Assembly (NCBI GenBank): GCA_002455955.1
Contig: DKLZ01000022.1
Coordinates: 932 to 64,931 of the forward strand
Source: Dehalococcoidia bacterium UBA6627
Lineage (GTDB): Bacteria > Chloroflexota > Dehalococcoidia > UBA2979
DNA length: 64,000 nt
Reading direction: 5' to 3'
Of the stretch, positions 48,809 to 58,164 are shown piece after piece. Within the stretch, counting starts at the first letter, position 1. Each line of letters starts with the position of its first letter. A program made the translations under genes and the position numbers. The notes beneath the pieces were generated by a model. The model did not search any database. It was not told the origin of the DNA and saw only the letters and a list, made by a program, of their open reading frames with translations.

Positions 48809-51800
48809 ATGTCGTTTGTCCATCTCCATACGCACACTGAGTATTCGCTTCTAGACGGCATGTCGAAAATTCCGGCTCTTATCGAACGAGCAAAAGAGCT
48901 GGAAATGCCTGCACTCGCCGTAACTGATCATGGAGCAATGTATGGAGCATTAGAGCTCTATGAGAACGCTACATCCGCAGGAATCAAACCGATAATAGGA
49001 CTCGAAGGATATGTAGCACCGGCCAGCCGTCATGAGAAAAAGTCGGGAGAATGGCCTTACCACCTAACTTTATTGGCACAAAACGAGCAGGGATACCGCA
49101 ATCTCTTAGCGCTATCGAGCCTATCTCACCTTGAAGGATTCTACCGTCGACCTCGCATGGATAGAGAATTGCTGGAGCAATATTCAGACGGCTTAATTAT
49201 TCTGTCGGGATGCCCATCGAGTGAACTACTAAAGAGTCTTAGTAATGGAGATGAAGCTGGAGCTAGAGAAGTAGCTGGGTGGTACCGTGACGTTTTCCCT
49301 AACCGGTACTACCTAGAGGTGATGGAACACGGTATCAAAGAGTTCAGTAACCTAACCCCGAAAATAGTAAAGCTAGCAAAAGAGATGGAGCTTCCTCTCG
49401 TTCAGACTCACGACTCTCACTACGTAAAAGCTGAGCATGCAAAATCCCACGATCTACTACTCTGCATAGGCACGAATACTACGGTTCATGATGAAAAACG
49501 CTTCAAGTTTCACGGTGATCAGTTCTACCTAAAATCTCCTGATGAAATGCGAGCGCTTGCCCCTGAGTTATCAGAAGCGATCGACAATACTCTTCTAATC
49601 AATGAGCAAATCGACTTGAAACTTGACTTTAGCCGAACTCAGTTGCCGGACTCTGGAGTCCCAGCAGGACAAACGGTAATGGATTACCTGAAGGCCTGTT
49701 GTGAAGAAGGTCTCGAGCGCCGCTACCAGCTACCTACCGACGAACACAGGGACCGTTTACGTTACGAGTTAAGTGTTATCGAACAAACTGGTTTCGCCGA
49801 ATACATGCTCATAGTACGTGACCTCGCTCGTTTCGCTCGAGAAAGATCGATACCAATGGGTGTCCGCGGATCAGCAGCAGCCTCAATCGTGTTGTATACG
49901 ATCGACGTGACCGATATCGAACCACTTCAATACGGACTCGTTTTTGAGCGATTCCTTAATCCTGAACGACTCTCCATGCCCGATGTTGATTTCGACTTTG
50001 CTGACGATCGGCGAGACGAAGTAATCCGCTATGCGGCGGAGCGGTACGGGCGAGACCGCGTCGCTCAGATTTGTACTTTTGGCACCTTGGGACCGAAAGC
50101 TGCAGTTCGAGATACTGGTCGTGCTCTAGGTTTATCTTTTGAAGAGACTGATCGAATCGCTCGTATGATTCCTGACCAACTCCATATCACTCTCGACGAA
50201 TCACTCAGCTCTTCGTCAGAGTTAGGTGCAGCCTACGAAACAGAGGCGGCAACCCGAGAGCTCATCGACATGGCGCGCAGTCTCGAGGGTGTCACACGAC
50301 ATGCGTCAACGCATGCAGCCGGGTTAGTGATTTCACGAGAGCCATTGGTGGAGTCAGTTCCCTTACAGCGACCTACCGGTTCCAAAGGAGATGACGCTCT
50401 ACCTACTACACAGTTCACTATGGCTGATGTCGAACGCATAGGCTTGCTGAAAATCGACTTTCTCGGACTTACAAATCTTACGATCCTCGGCCAAGCAGTT
50501 TCTTTGATAGAGGAACAACGTGGTGAAAAGTTAGACCTAATGTCTCTGCCTGACGGTGACAAGGCCACAGCGGATCTACTCGCACGAGGTGAAACGTTTG
50601 GCGTATTCCAAATGGAATCATCGGGAATGCGTGGCTACGTGGTCGAACTACAGCCAGAAAACATCGCCGAACTAGCGGCTATGGTAGCCCTTTTCCGACC
50701 TGGTCCGATGGAACATATCCCTCGCTATATCGACGCTAAGCATGGACGGACGGCTCCTGTTTACCCTCACAAAGACCTCGCGAATATTCTCGATGAGACG
50801 TACGGAGTGATCACATATCAGGACCAAGTACTGCAAATAGCTCGACAGTTCGCTGGATACACTCTCGGCGAAGCAGATGTAATGCGTAAGGCGATGGGGA
50901 AGAAAATACCATCGGTGATGATCGAGGAACGTGAACGTTTTGTAGCCGGCGGTGTAGCCCGAGGATATGAGCGTAAGCTCGCCGAAACCCTTTTCGATCT
51001 GATTGAGCCGTTTGCCGGTTACGCGTTCAACAAGGCGCATGCTTTCTCATACGCAACTATCGCCTATCAGACAGCGTACCTCAAAGCCCATTACGCCGAA
51101 GAATACATGGCTGCAGTGATGATGGGCGCAGGCGGGTCTCAGGAACGATTATCTGCAGCAATAGGCGAGTGCACTAGACTCGGAATCGCAGTACTACAAC
51201 CTGATGCCAACCGATCTAATGTGAATTTTAATATCGAGCAAGCAACTGACGGTTCATCGGCGATTCGCTTTGGCCTCGCCCAAATCAAGAACGTCGGCGA
51301 GGCTGGTGTTTCATCATTGATCACCGACCGAGAGGAGGCTGGTCTATTCACTACTCTCGAAAACTTTGCAAAAAGGGCTAACCCACGCGAGGTAAATAAA
51401 CGTGTACTAGATGCTCTTGCTAAAGCGGGTGCATTAGATGGCCTGGCTCCAAGAGGGACAGTGATCGGTGCGGTTGAACGGCTATTGTTATTGTCTCAAG
51501 AACAACAGCGTCTCCGTGACACAGGCCAAACATCAATGTTCGACTTGTTTGGCGATCAGGTTGACACGCCGCTACCCGCTCTCGAACTCGAACCCATGAA
51601 AATTCCCACGCCCCAACTTCTCGCTTGGGAGAAGGAGTACCTAGGAACTTACGTATCTGAGCATCCGTTCCGCAGCGTGTCCAAACACTTGAACGAGCTC
51701 TTAACCGCTCAGGCTACCGATCTCACTGAGGAGATGGTTGGACAGGAGGCGATCGTCGCAGGAACGGTCGTTGAAATTCGTTCCCTGACGACTCGTCAGG

Positions 51801-52489
51801 GTAAACCGTTTGCCGCAGTTACGCTTGAAGACCTCAGCGGACGTATGGAATTAACCATTTGGCCTGATGCTTACGAGGCAGCTCGCGATTTGTTACGTGA
51901 GGCTACCGTACTGGTCTCTCGTGCCAATATCCGCTCACGAAATGGTCGATTAACTATTGCATCTAATGTTCTCGCCGCCTTCGATCTCGAAACGCGACAG
52001 TTGAAAGGCGCACCTGCAGCCCGCTTTCAACTCGGGAATCGAAATCCGCGTTCGCGGTCATCTGATTCACCAGTCCCTTTTACACCGCGCAAATCATCGA
52101 ACAATAACCAAATGGCAACAACGCCTACAAAAAATCTTCATCCAGTTCGCGTGGACACTTCGACGAGCGAGCAAGATCAACTACCAACTAGCCCTAGTAG
52201 GTGGCACTTCTTGGTTAGTCTCGAAGAAACCACCGACGAGACTGCTGACCGGCGGCGGCTAAGGAAAATTTGTGCCGTCCTGGATCAAAACGAAGGTGAA
52301 CTGCCTGTGGAATTTAAGATACTCCGCCGTGATGGTTCCGATATTCGGCTGCGGCGTGGAGCTGTAGATGCAACAGTTACGACGCAATTAATTCCCGAAC
52401 TAAAAGCCCTTCTGGGGGTGCTCGGCACTGTCCAAGAAATAGGCCATTTCAATTCTTCTGCTAAAGAACTAGTAGCAGTTGGCGAATAA
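48809..52489 (+). CDS. dnaE: DNA polymerase III alpha subunit
   Basis: PHP domain (HLHTHTEYSLLDG), polymerase core, OB fold. 1226 aa including a low-complexity linker and a C-terminal domain. Confidence 0.95.
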   Translation: MSFVHLHTHTEYSLLDGMSKIPALIERAKELEMPALAVTDHGAMYGALELYENATSAGIKPIIGLEGYVAPASRHEKKSGEWPYHLTLLAQNEQGYRNLLALSSLSHLEGFYRRPRMDRELLEQYSDGLIILSGCPSSELLKSLSNGDEAGAREVAGWYRDVFPNRYYLEVMEHGIKEFSNLTPKIVKLAKEMELPLVQTHDSHYVKAEHAKSHDLLLCIGTNTTVHDEKRFKFHGDQFYLKSPDEMRALAPELSEAIDNTLLINEQIDLKLDFSRTQLPDSGVPAGQTVMDYLKACCEEGLERRYQLPTDEHRDRLRYELSVIEQTGFAEYMLIVRDLARFARERSIPMGVRGSAAASIVLYTIDVTDIEPLQYGLVFERFLNPERLSMPDVDFDFADDRRDEVIRYAAERYGRDRVAQICTFGTLGPKAAVRDTGRALGLSFEETDRIARMIPDQLHITLDESLSSSSELGAAYETEAATRELIDMARSLEGVTRHASTHAAGLVISREPLVESVPLQRPTGSKGDDALPTTQFTMADVERIGLLKIDFLGLTNLTILGQAVSLIEEQRGEKLDLMSLPDGDKATADLLARGETFGVFQMESSGMRGYVVELQPENIAELAAMVALFRPGPMEHIPRYIDAKHGRTAPVYPHKDLANILDETYGVITYQDQVLQIARQFAGYTLGEADVMRKAMGKKIPSVMIEERERFVAGGVARGYERKLAETLFDLIEPFAGYAFNKAHAFSYATIAYQTAYLKAHYAEEYMAAVMMGAGGSQERLSAAIGECTRLGIAVLQPDANRSNVNFNIEQATDGSSAIRFGLAQIKNVGEAGVSSLITDREEAGLFTTLENFAKRANPREVNKRVLDALAKAGALDGLAPRGTVIGAVERLLLLSQEQQRLRDTGQTSMFDLFGDQVDTPLPALELEPMKIPTPQLLAWEKEYLGTYVSEHPFRSVSKHLNELLTAQATDLTEEMVGQEAIVAGTVVEIRSLTTRQGKPFAAVTLEDLSGRMELTIWPDAYEAARDLLREATVLVSRANIRSRNGRLTIASNVLAAFDLETRQLKGAPAARFQLGNRNPRSRSSDSPVPFTPRKSSNNNQMATTPTKNLHPVRVDTSTSEQDQLPTSPSRWHFLVSLEETTDETADRRRLRKICAVLDQNEGELPVEFKILRRDGSDIRLRRGAVDATVTTQLIPELKALLGVLGTVQEIGHFNSSAKELVAVGE

Positions 52490-52557
52490 AACCTTCGCCT
52501 CTTCCGTTTAACGAGTAGACTGCTTAGTTATACCTCAAGCCATGCTTGGATTTGTTG

Positions 52558-53547
52558 ATGACGCAACAGGCGGCAACGAAACCTATCTCGCCGAAACACC
52601 TCCACGAGGTAGTTTCGGCAGTCCGAGATGAAATCAGTCGTGTGATTATTGGTCAGCATGAGTTGATCGATCGGCTGCTGATAGCTCTATTTACCAATAA
52701 TCATGCACTGATCGAAGGTGTGCCCGGATTAGCCAAGACATTAACTGTGCAAAGCCTAGCCGAAGTGTTGAGCGTAAGCTTCTCGCGTTTGCAATTCACA
52801 CCCGACCTGCTGCCCGCTGATATCGTTGGAACCCTTGTCTTCAATCCTCGAGATAGTCAGTTCGTTGTTCGCAAAGGTCCGATTTTTACTCATATCGTTC
52901 TGGCTGACGAAATCAACCGTGCTCCCGCCAAGGTACAGTCCGCCCTTCTGGAAGCGATGCAGGAACGACAAGCGTCTATCGGCGGTGAGACACATCCTTT
53001 GCCGAATCCTTTCTTAGTACTTGCTACTCAGAATCCAATAGAACAAGAGGGCACATATCCATTGCCTGAAGCGCAGCTAGACCGCTTTATGATGAAGATT
53101 GTCGTTGACTATCCGCGACAAGAAGATGAACGATCGATTCTCACTCAGGTTCTGGACAAAGAGCCTGTCACGCTCAACGCCGTCGCCACTACTGAAGAGA
53201 TACTTGCGGTACGCCCTGCTGTGGAAGCCGTAGAAATCAATGAGAAGTTACGTGACTATATTCTCCGATTGGTTCATTCATCACGTGAACCAGCAAGGTA
53301 CGATCTTAACGAACTGGCTGCTCTGCTCGAATTCGGAGCTTCTCCTCGTGCCGTTATTTTCCTTGCAAGAGCAGCTCAAGGAATCGCTTTTCTCAATGGC
53401 CGGGACTATGCGACACCTGATGATGTTAAGCAGATAGCACCCGATGTCCTGCGCCATCGTGTAGTTCTAAGTTATGAAGCCGAGGCTGAGAACATAACAT
53501 CAGAAACAATCGTCGCTAACCTACTTGAAGTAGTTCGTATTCCATAA
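52558..53547 (+). CDS. MoxR-family AAA+ ATPase (module 1)
   Basis: GVPGLAKT Walker A, LADEINRAP Walker B, a FTPDLLPADI-type motif. The ORF-track TTG at 52546 is the alternative start. Confidence 0.85.
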   Translation: MTQQAATKPISPKHLHEVVSAVRDEISRVIIGQHELIDRLLIALFTNNHALIEGVPGLAKTLTVQSLAEVLSVSFSRLQFTPDLLPADIVGTLVFNPRDSQFVVRKGPIFTHIVLADEINRAPAKVQSALLEAMQERQASIGGETHPLPNPFLVLATQNPIEQEGTYPLPEAQLDRFMMKIVVDYPRQEDERSILTQVLDKEPVTLNAVATTEEILAVRPAVEAVEINEKLRDYILRLVHSSREPARYDLNELAALLEFGASPRAVIFLARAAQGIAFLNGRDYATPDDVKQIAPDVLRHRVVLSYEAEAENITSETIVANLLEVVRIP

Positions 53548-53571
53548 ATGATTAGGTCGTTGGACAGCTAG

Positions 53572-54498
53572 GTGTTTCAAAGGAGGCGCACCTCCCGACC
53601 AGAATTGGTCGAGGCTCCCGTGATATTGAGCGCTCCTGATCGCGAACGAATTAGACGGATTGAGATCAGAACTCGTCACCTAGCTCGGGCATTTTCTGAC
53701 GGTAACTACCGTTCCGTATTCCGTGGTAGTGGCATCGAATTCTCTGACGCACGGGAGTACATCCCCGGAGACGACATTCGTTTAATCGATTGGAACGTTA
53801 CCGCGCGTATGGGCGCACCTTGGGTAAAAGAATTTGTCGAAGAACGTGACCTGTCGATTGTTTGCGCGGTCGACATATCTGATTCTCAACTCGTGTCTCA
53901 CCAAGCCGTGGGTCGCCTCCATGCTGCGGCCGAACTAGCAGCCCTTCTTGGTTTCGTAACCGTAGCGAACAGAGACAGATTCGGCCTTCTAACATTCAGC
54001 AGCCAAATCGAACGCTTTGTCCCTCCTCAGCATGGACAAAAGCAAGTACTTCGAATCGTTCGGGACATTATCCACCACTCCACCCCTGCACCAGGGACAC
54101 GAATCTCAGTCGCCTGTGATTACCTTGCTCATGCGCTTCGTCGTCGATCGATAGTGTTCCTTATTTCCGACTTTTTCGACTCGGATTACGCCAATTCACT
54201 GCGACTTCTTTCTCTGAGAAATGACGTTATTGCAGTTGCCCTGACAGACCCTATTGACCTTGAGTTACCAGATATCGGTCTAGTGCACTTTGTCTCTGCG
54301 GAAGATGGCCTCTCACAAATGATCGATTCAAGTAACCCACAAGTGCGACATCGATATAAGGAATTAGCAGCGGACCGGGTATCACGACGACAACACAATC
54401 TAGCCATCGCTGGTGTTGACGAAGTAGAGGTCCGACTCGACAGTGACCTTGTCGAGCCAATAGCACGCTATTTTCACGCACGATCGATGCGCCAATGA
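53572..54498 (+). CDS. DUF58-domain protein (module 1)
   Basis: ...EFSDAREYIPGDDIRLIDWNVTARMGAPWVKEF... is the canonical DUF58 core that accompanies MoxR. Confidence 0.8.
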   Translation: MFQRRRTSRPELVEAPVILSAPDRERIRRIEIRTRHLARAFSDGNYRSVFRGSGIEFSDAREYIPGDDIRLIDWNVTARMGAPWVKEFVEERDLSIVCAVDISDSQLVSHQAVGRLHAAAELAALLGFVTVANRDRFGLLTFSSQIERFVPPQHGQKQVLRIVRDIIHHSTPAPGTRISVACDYLAHALRRRSIVFLISDFFDSDYANSLRLLSLRNDVIAVALTDPIDLELPDIGLVHFVSAEDGLSQMIDSSNPQVRHRYKELAADRVSRRQHNLAIAGVDEVEVRLDSDLVEPIARYFHARSMRQ

Positions 54499-55478
54499 AG
54501 CGCTTACTGGTCATTTTCCTACTGTTAGGCACTCTAGCTTCGTACGAACAATCACGAGTATCAGCTCAACAATCAGTCGAAGTAACGATTGACTCATCGT
54601 TGCTACCGAATGTGGCTACGTTAGGCGAGCAAGTGCTATTGACTATCACCGTACGTCACAGCCAAAACCTGTTGATCAGCATTGGTGAACTCACACGCGT
54701 AAGCGATATCGATCTGTCACTTATAGAGGCGAAATTGCCTATTTTCGATAATCCACTTAATGGCGGTACCGATGGTATGGCAACCACCTCTTTCGAATTC
54801 ATGATCACTGCGTACCAACTTGGCGATCTCCAGGCTGGCGACATAGTAATTTCTTGGTTGGCTTCGGATGGAAGCACAGGCTCGTCGTCTGTCAAACCGC
54901 CTGTCCTACATATCGAACCGGTGCGTATTCAAGGAGATGCGCAGCTACGCCCCCTGCGATCTCAACTTCTCAACGGAGAGCCGCCAGTTTGGTGGCAGCG
55001 CTCGGAAATGATAATCGCTTCAATTGCGCTCTTCACCCTCACGATCTTGATCATCGCTTGGTACCGTTCGAGAGTTAAAGAAGCAAACTCCTCGTTAGCC
55101 AGCGAAAGAAATCAATTTGAAGATGATGCTAGAGGTCGGCTCGATGCTTTACAGACTTATCACCTGTTAGATGATGAAACGTATAGGTATTTTTATAGCG
55201 AATTAGCAACTGTCATCCGTTCATATATTGAGATCCGTTTTGGATTCAATGCGACCGCTTTAACAACAAGCGAATTGCGAGAGCGATTGAACACTGCTGG
55301 CGTCGGACGCTGGCAAGCCCGGCTCATAGATGGCTTGCTCGAACGCTGCGATAATAGCGTTTACGCGCGATCTCATCCTGATCCAGCATCAGCGAATCAT
55401 GACCTGACAGTCGCCTACGAGATTATCGAACTTTCACGATCAGGCACTCATCCTCCTTTCAAGGCTGTCCGGAAATGA
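54495..55478 (+). CDS. Signal-peptide plus single-TM protein of the Bat-like operon (BatD/DUF4381-like architecture)
   Basis: N-terminal signal (MKRLLVIFLLLGTLAS), beta-rich ectodomain, TM (IIASIALFTLTILIIAWY), cytoplasmic tail. 4-nt overlaps on both sides. Confidence 0.4.
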   Translation: MKRLLVIFLLLGTLASYEQSRVSAQQSVEVTIDSSLLPNVATLGEQVLLTITVRHSQNLLISIGELTRVSDIDLSLIEAKLPIFDNPLNGGTDGMATTSFEFMITAYQLGDLQAGDIVISWLASDGSTGSSSVKPPVLHIEPVRIQGDAQLRPLRSQLLNGEPPVWWQRSEMIIASIALFTLTILIIAWYRSRVKEANSSLASERNQFEDDARGRLDALQTYHLLDDETYRYFYSELATVIRSYIEIRFGFNATALTTSELRERLNTAGVGRWQARLIDGLLERCDNSVYARSHPDPASANHDLTVAYEIIELSRSGTHPPFKAVRK

Positions 55479-56425
55479 TTTTCGAGACTCCAGAATTTCT
55501 CTTGTTACTGCCTTTTCTAGTAGCTCTCGCAGGGATCAGTCTCTTTTGGCCAACAAGATCAACAGCACTGGCCATTAGCTCTATAGAAATCATCCGTGGA
55601 TCAAGTCTCTTAACTTGGCGGCTTCGTTTGCGTTGGTTACCAACAACACTGCGGTGGGTTGTTCTCATACTCATTGTTATGGCGCTAGCACGTCCACAAA
55701 AAGGACTCACAGTCAGCCAAGTACCATCGGAGGGGATGGACATCGTAATCGCTTTCGATGTCTCGAGTTCGATGGAAGTACCAACTAATTCGGCACTAGG
55801 TACGACACGCTTGAGTCAAGCGCAACGCGTCGTGGACCCATTTATCAAGAATCTCGAAGGCAACCGCGTGGGCGTTGTAATATTCCAATCAAAGGCGCTG
55901 GCTTTATCACCCCTCACTCATGATATTGCTGCTATCCGACGCCGAGTAGAGAATCTCGCTTCTGGGTTAATACTAGATGGAACAGCAATCGGCGATGGCA
56001 TTGGCGAAGCACTCGTATTACTCGAAGACTCACCAGCTCGCAGCCGTGTAATAGTGCTTCTAACTGATGGGCAAAACAACGCTGGGATAATTTCTCCAGA
56101 TCAAGCTACACAATTAGCCGCAGCTCTCGATGTCCGAGTCTACACAATCGGTTTTTTCAGTGGTGTGTCTCCTGATGCCATTCAGATAGATGCTGCTTCG
56201 TTGCAGTCAATAGCCGACGGAACAGAAGCGAAATATTTCAACGCAAGTAGCCCTGAGGAACTAGTCAACGCTTATTCAGAAATTGGTCAGTTGGAACGCT
56301 CACGTATTGGTGAACGAAGGTACGTAGGGTTCCGCGAATACGCACCAGCTCTACTTTTACCAGCTGTCATATTACTGCTAGGTGAAAGTGCTCTCCGTAC
56401 TACGTGGCTAAGGCGATACCCTTGA
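55475..56425 (+). CDS. VWA-domain membrane protein (BatA-like)
   Basis: Two N-terminal TM helices, then a VWA MIDAS (DIVIAFDVSSSM). Confidence 0.8.
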   Translation: MIFETPEFLLLLPFLVALAGISLFWPTRSTALAISSIEIIRGSSLLTWRLRLRWLPTTLRWVVLILIVMALARPQKGLTVSQVPSEGMDIVIAFDVSSSMEVPTNSALGTTRLSQAQRVVDPFIKNLEGNRVGVVIFQSKALALSPLTHDIAAIRRRVENLASGLILDGTAIGDGIGEALVLLEDSPARSRVIVLLTDGQNNAGIISPDQATQLAAALDVRVYTIGFFSGVSPDAIQIDAASLQSIADGTEAKYFNASSPEELVNAYSEIGQLERSRIGERRYVGFREYAPALLLPAVILLLGESALRTTWLRRYP

Positions 56426-58164
56426 TTCCCGGTCTGTCATTCGGCGATCCATTGGCACTAACTTTATTGATAGTCGTGCCTGGATTTTCGTTGCTAATCA
56501 GATTCAAGAAACTCCAACACCGCTTAGCAGACGATGCCTACGGTGGGTCACCATCTCTCAGGTTGGGCTGGCAGGCCAGCCAAGAGCGATTCCGTGATTG
56601 GTCAGTCGTGCTGGCCGCCATGCTTATCGTAATCGCAATTGCTCGTCCTCAGTGGGGATCAGTCGAACAATCTACTGCGCAACACGGCGTTGATATAGCA
56701 ATTGCACTGGACGTATCAAGCTCAATGACAGTTGACGACTTAGCTCCTTCTCGTTCCGCAATTGCAGCAGCCGGAATTAACGATTTCCTCACTCATCTTC
56801 GGAGCGATCGAGTGGGTCTAGTCATCTTTGCCGGTCAAGCATTCCAGCGTTCTCCGCTCACTTTAGATCTTTCAGCAATTCGCCAACTCGTTAATCAAGC
56901 ACAACGCGATTCTGAATTGATAGCCATAGGTACAGATTTAGGAACAGCTATCGACGAATCTCTCAAGTTGCTTAACGTTCCAGACGCTGCTGATAAGCAA
57001 TTGATAATCGTAGTCTCTGATGGAGAAGACCTGGCCGAAAAATCTTTGTCCGCTGCTAAACGAGCAACCGAGGTCAATATTCCCATCTACACAATCGCGG
57101 TAGGAACCGCCGATGGAGCCATGATCCCCGGAGCTGTTATGGGAACCTCTGTCAGTAGAGCCGACCGCGATGCGTTGCGCGCAATCGCCGTCGCAACTGG
57201 TGGGGAATTCCGCGAGCTTGAGACAATTGCCGGATTAGCGATTGATGTTCAACGTATGCGCCAAAGCATTATTGGGAAGGATACCGGCAAGCAACCGATA
57301 GAGCAGTTTCAGTGGTTTGTGATAGCGGCTTTGGTGCTACTTGTGATACCGATGTTCCACAAGGGAAGCAGTGGTCTATCTCGGCTGGCACGTCAAGGAC
57401 TTACAACAGGCACGATTCTTAGTGCTTTAATAATCGGCGCCTGCAGCGATTCTCAACTCTACGAATATGTAGAAACCGGAAATCAAGCTTATGCCGATAA
57501 ACGCTACAACGAAGCGTTAACGGCTTACCGACTAGCGCTTCTCGAGGCACCTGACAATTCGGCTGTCATGTATAACCTTGGCAATACCCTGCACCAGCTG
57601 CGTCGCTACGAGGAAGCTTCTGTCACATCGACAGAAGCTCTTAGACTAGCCAAGACGGAAGAATCGTCAGAGTCAATCCGGTATGCACTAGGTAACCATG
57701 CAGTGATGAGAGGTGCCCTCGAAGAAGCTCGCAGGCAATACGTCGACGTGCTTAGGCGCAGCCCAGATGACATTAATACGAAAGCAAACCTCGAACTCGT
57801 GCTCTCTCAGACCGCTGCTCAGTATCCATCTTCGCAACAGTCACGATCGATAGATGAAAGTGATTCCGCAGAGGTGGGTGAGTCGAATCTAGAGTCGCAA
57901 CGCCAGTCATCTACCGAGAATACGGCTAAGCACCATACGGATGAATGGGGAAGCAAGGCATCACCGATACCTGCGGAGAAAACACTCGACCGCATCGAAG
58001 CGCGGGAGGCACTCTTGCTCGCGATCGCCGAGATGGAACTACGTCCGAGCAATGAGCCTAGCGCCGAGACTGTATCTCAACTTCTCGCACTGATTCGCGA
58101 GTTGAATAAGGTAGAGCCTCTAAATGGAATTCCCCGGGACTCGAAAAGAGCTTCTGACAGGTGA
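56404..58164 (+). CDS. VWA-domain plus TPR-repeat protein (BatB/BatC-like fusion)
   Basis: MIDAS DIAIALDVSSSM. TPR repeats (YADKRYNEALTAYRLALLEAPDNSAVMYNLGNTLHQL...). Acidic C-terminal region. Confidence 0.8.
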   Translation: MAKAIPLIPGLSFGDPLALTLLIVVPGFSLLIRFKKLQHRLADDAYGGSPSLRLGWQASQERFRDWSVVLAAMLIVIAIARPQWGSVEQSTAQHGVDIAIALDVSSSMTVDDLAPSRSAIAAAGINDFLTHLRSDRVGLVIFAGQAFQRSPLTLDLSAIRQLVNQAQRDSELIAIGTDLGTAIDESLKLLNVPDAADKQLIIVVSDGEDLAEKSLSAAKRATEVNIPIYTIAVGTADGAMIPGAVMGTSVSRADRDALRAIAVATGGEFRELETIAGLAIDVQRMRQSIIGKDTGKQPIEQFQWFVIAALVLLVIPMFHKGSSGLSRLARQGLTTGTILSALIIGACSDSQLYEYVETGNQAYADKRYNEALTAYRLALLEAPDNSAVMYNLGNTLHQLRRYEEASVTSTEALRLAKTEESSESIRYALGNHAVMRGALEEARRQYVDVLRRSPDDINTKANLELVLSQTAAQYPSSQQSRSIDESDSAEVGESNLESQRQSSTENTAKHHTDEWGSKASPIPAEKTLDRIEAREALLLAIAEMELRPSNEPSAETVSQLLALIRELNKVEPLNGIPRDSKRASDR

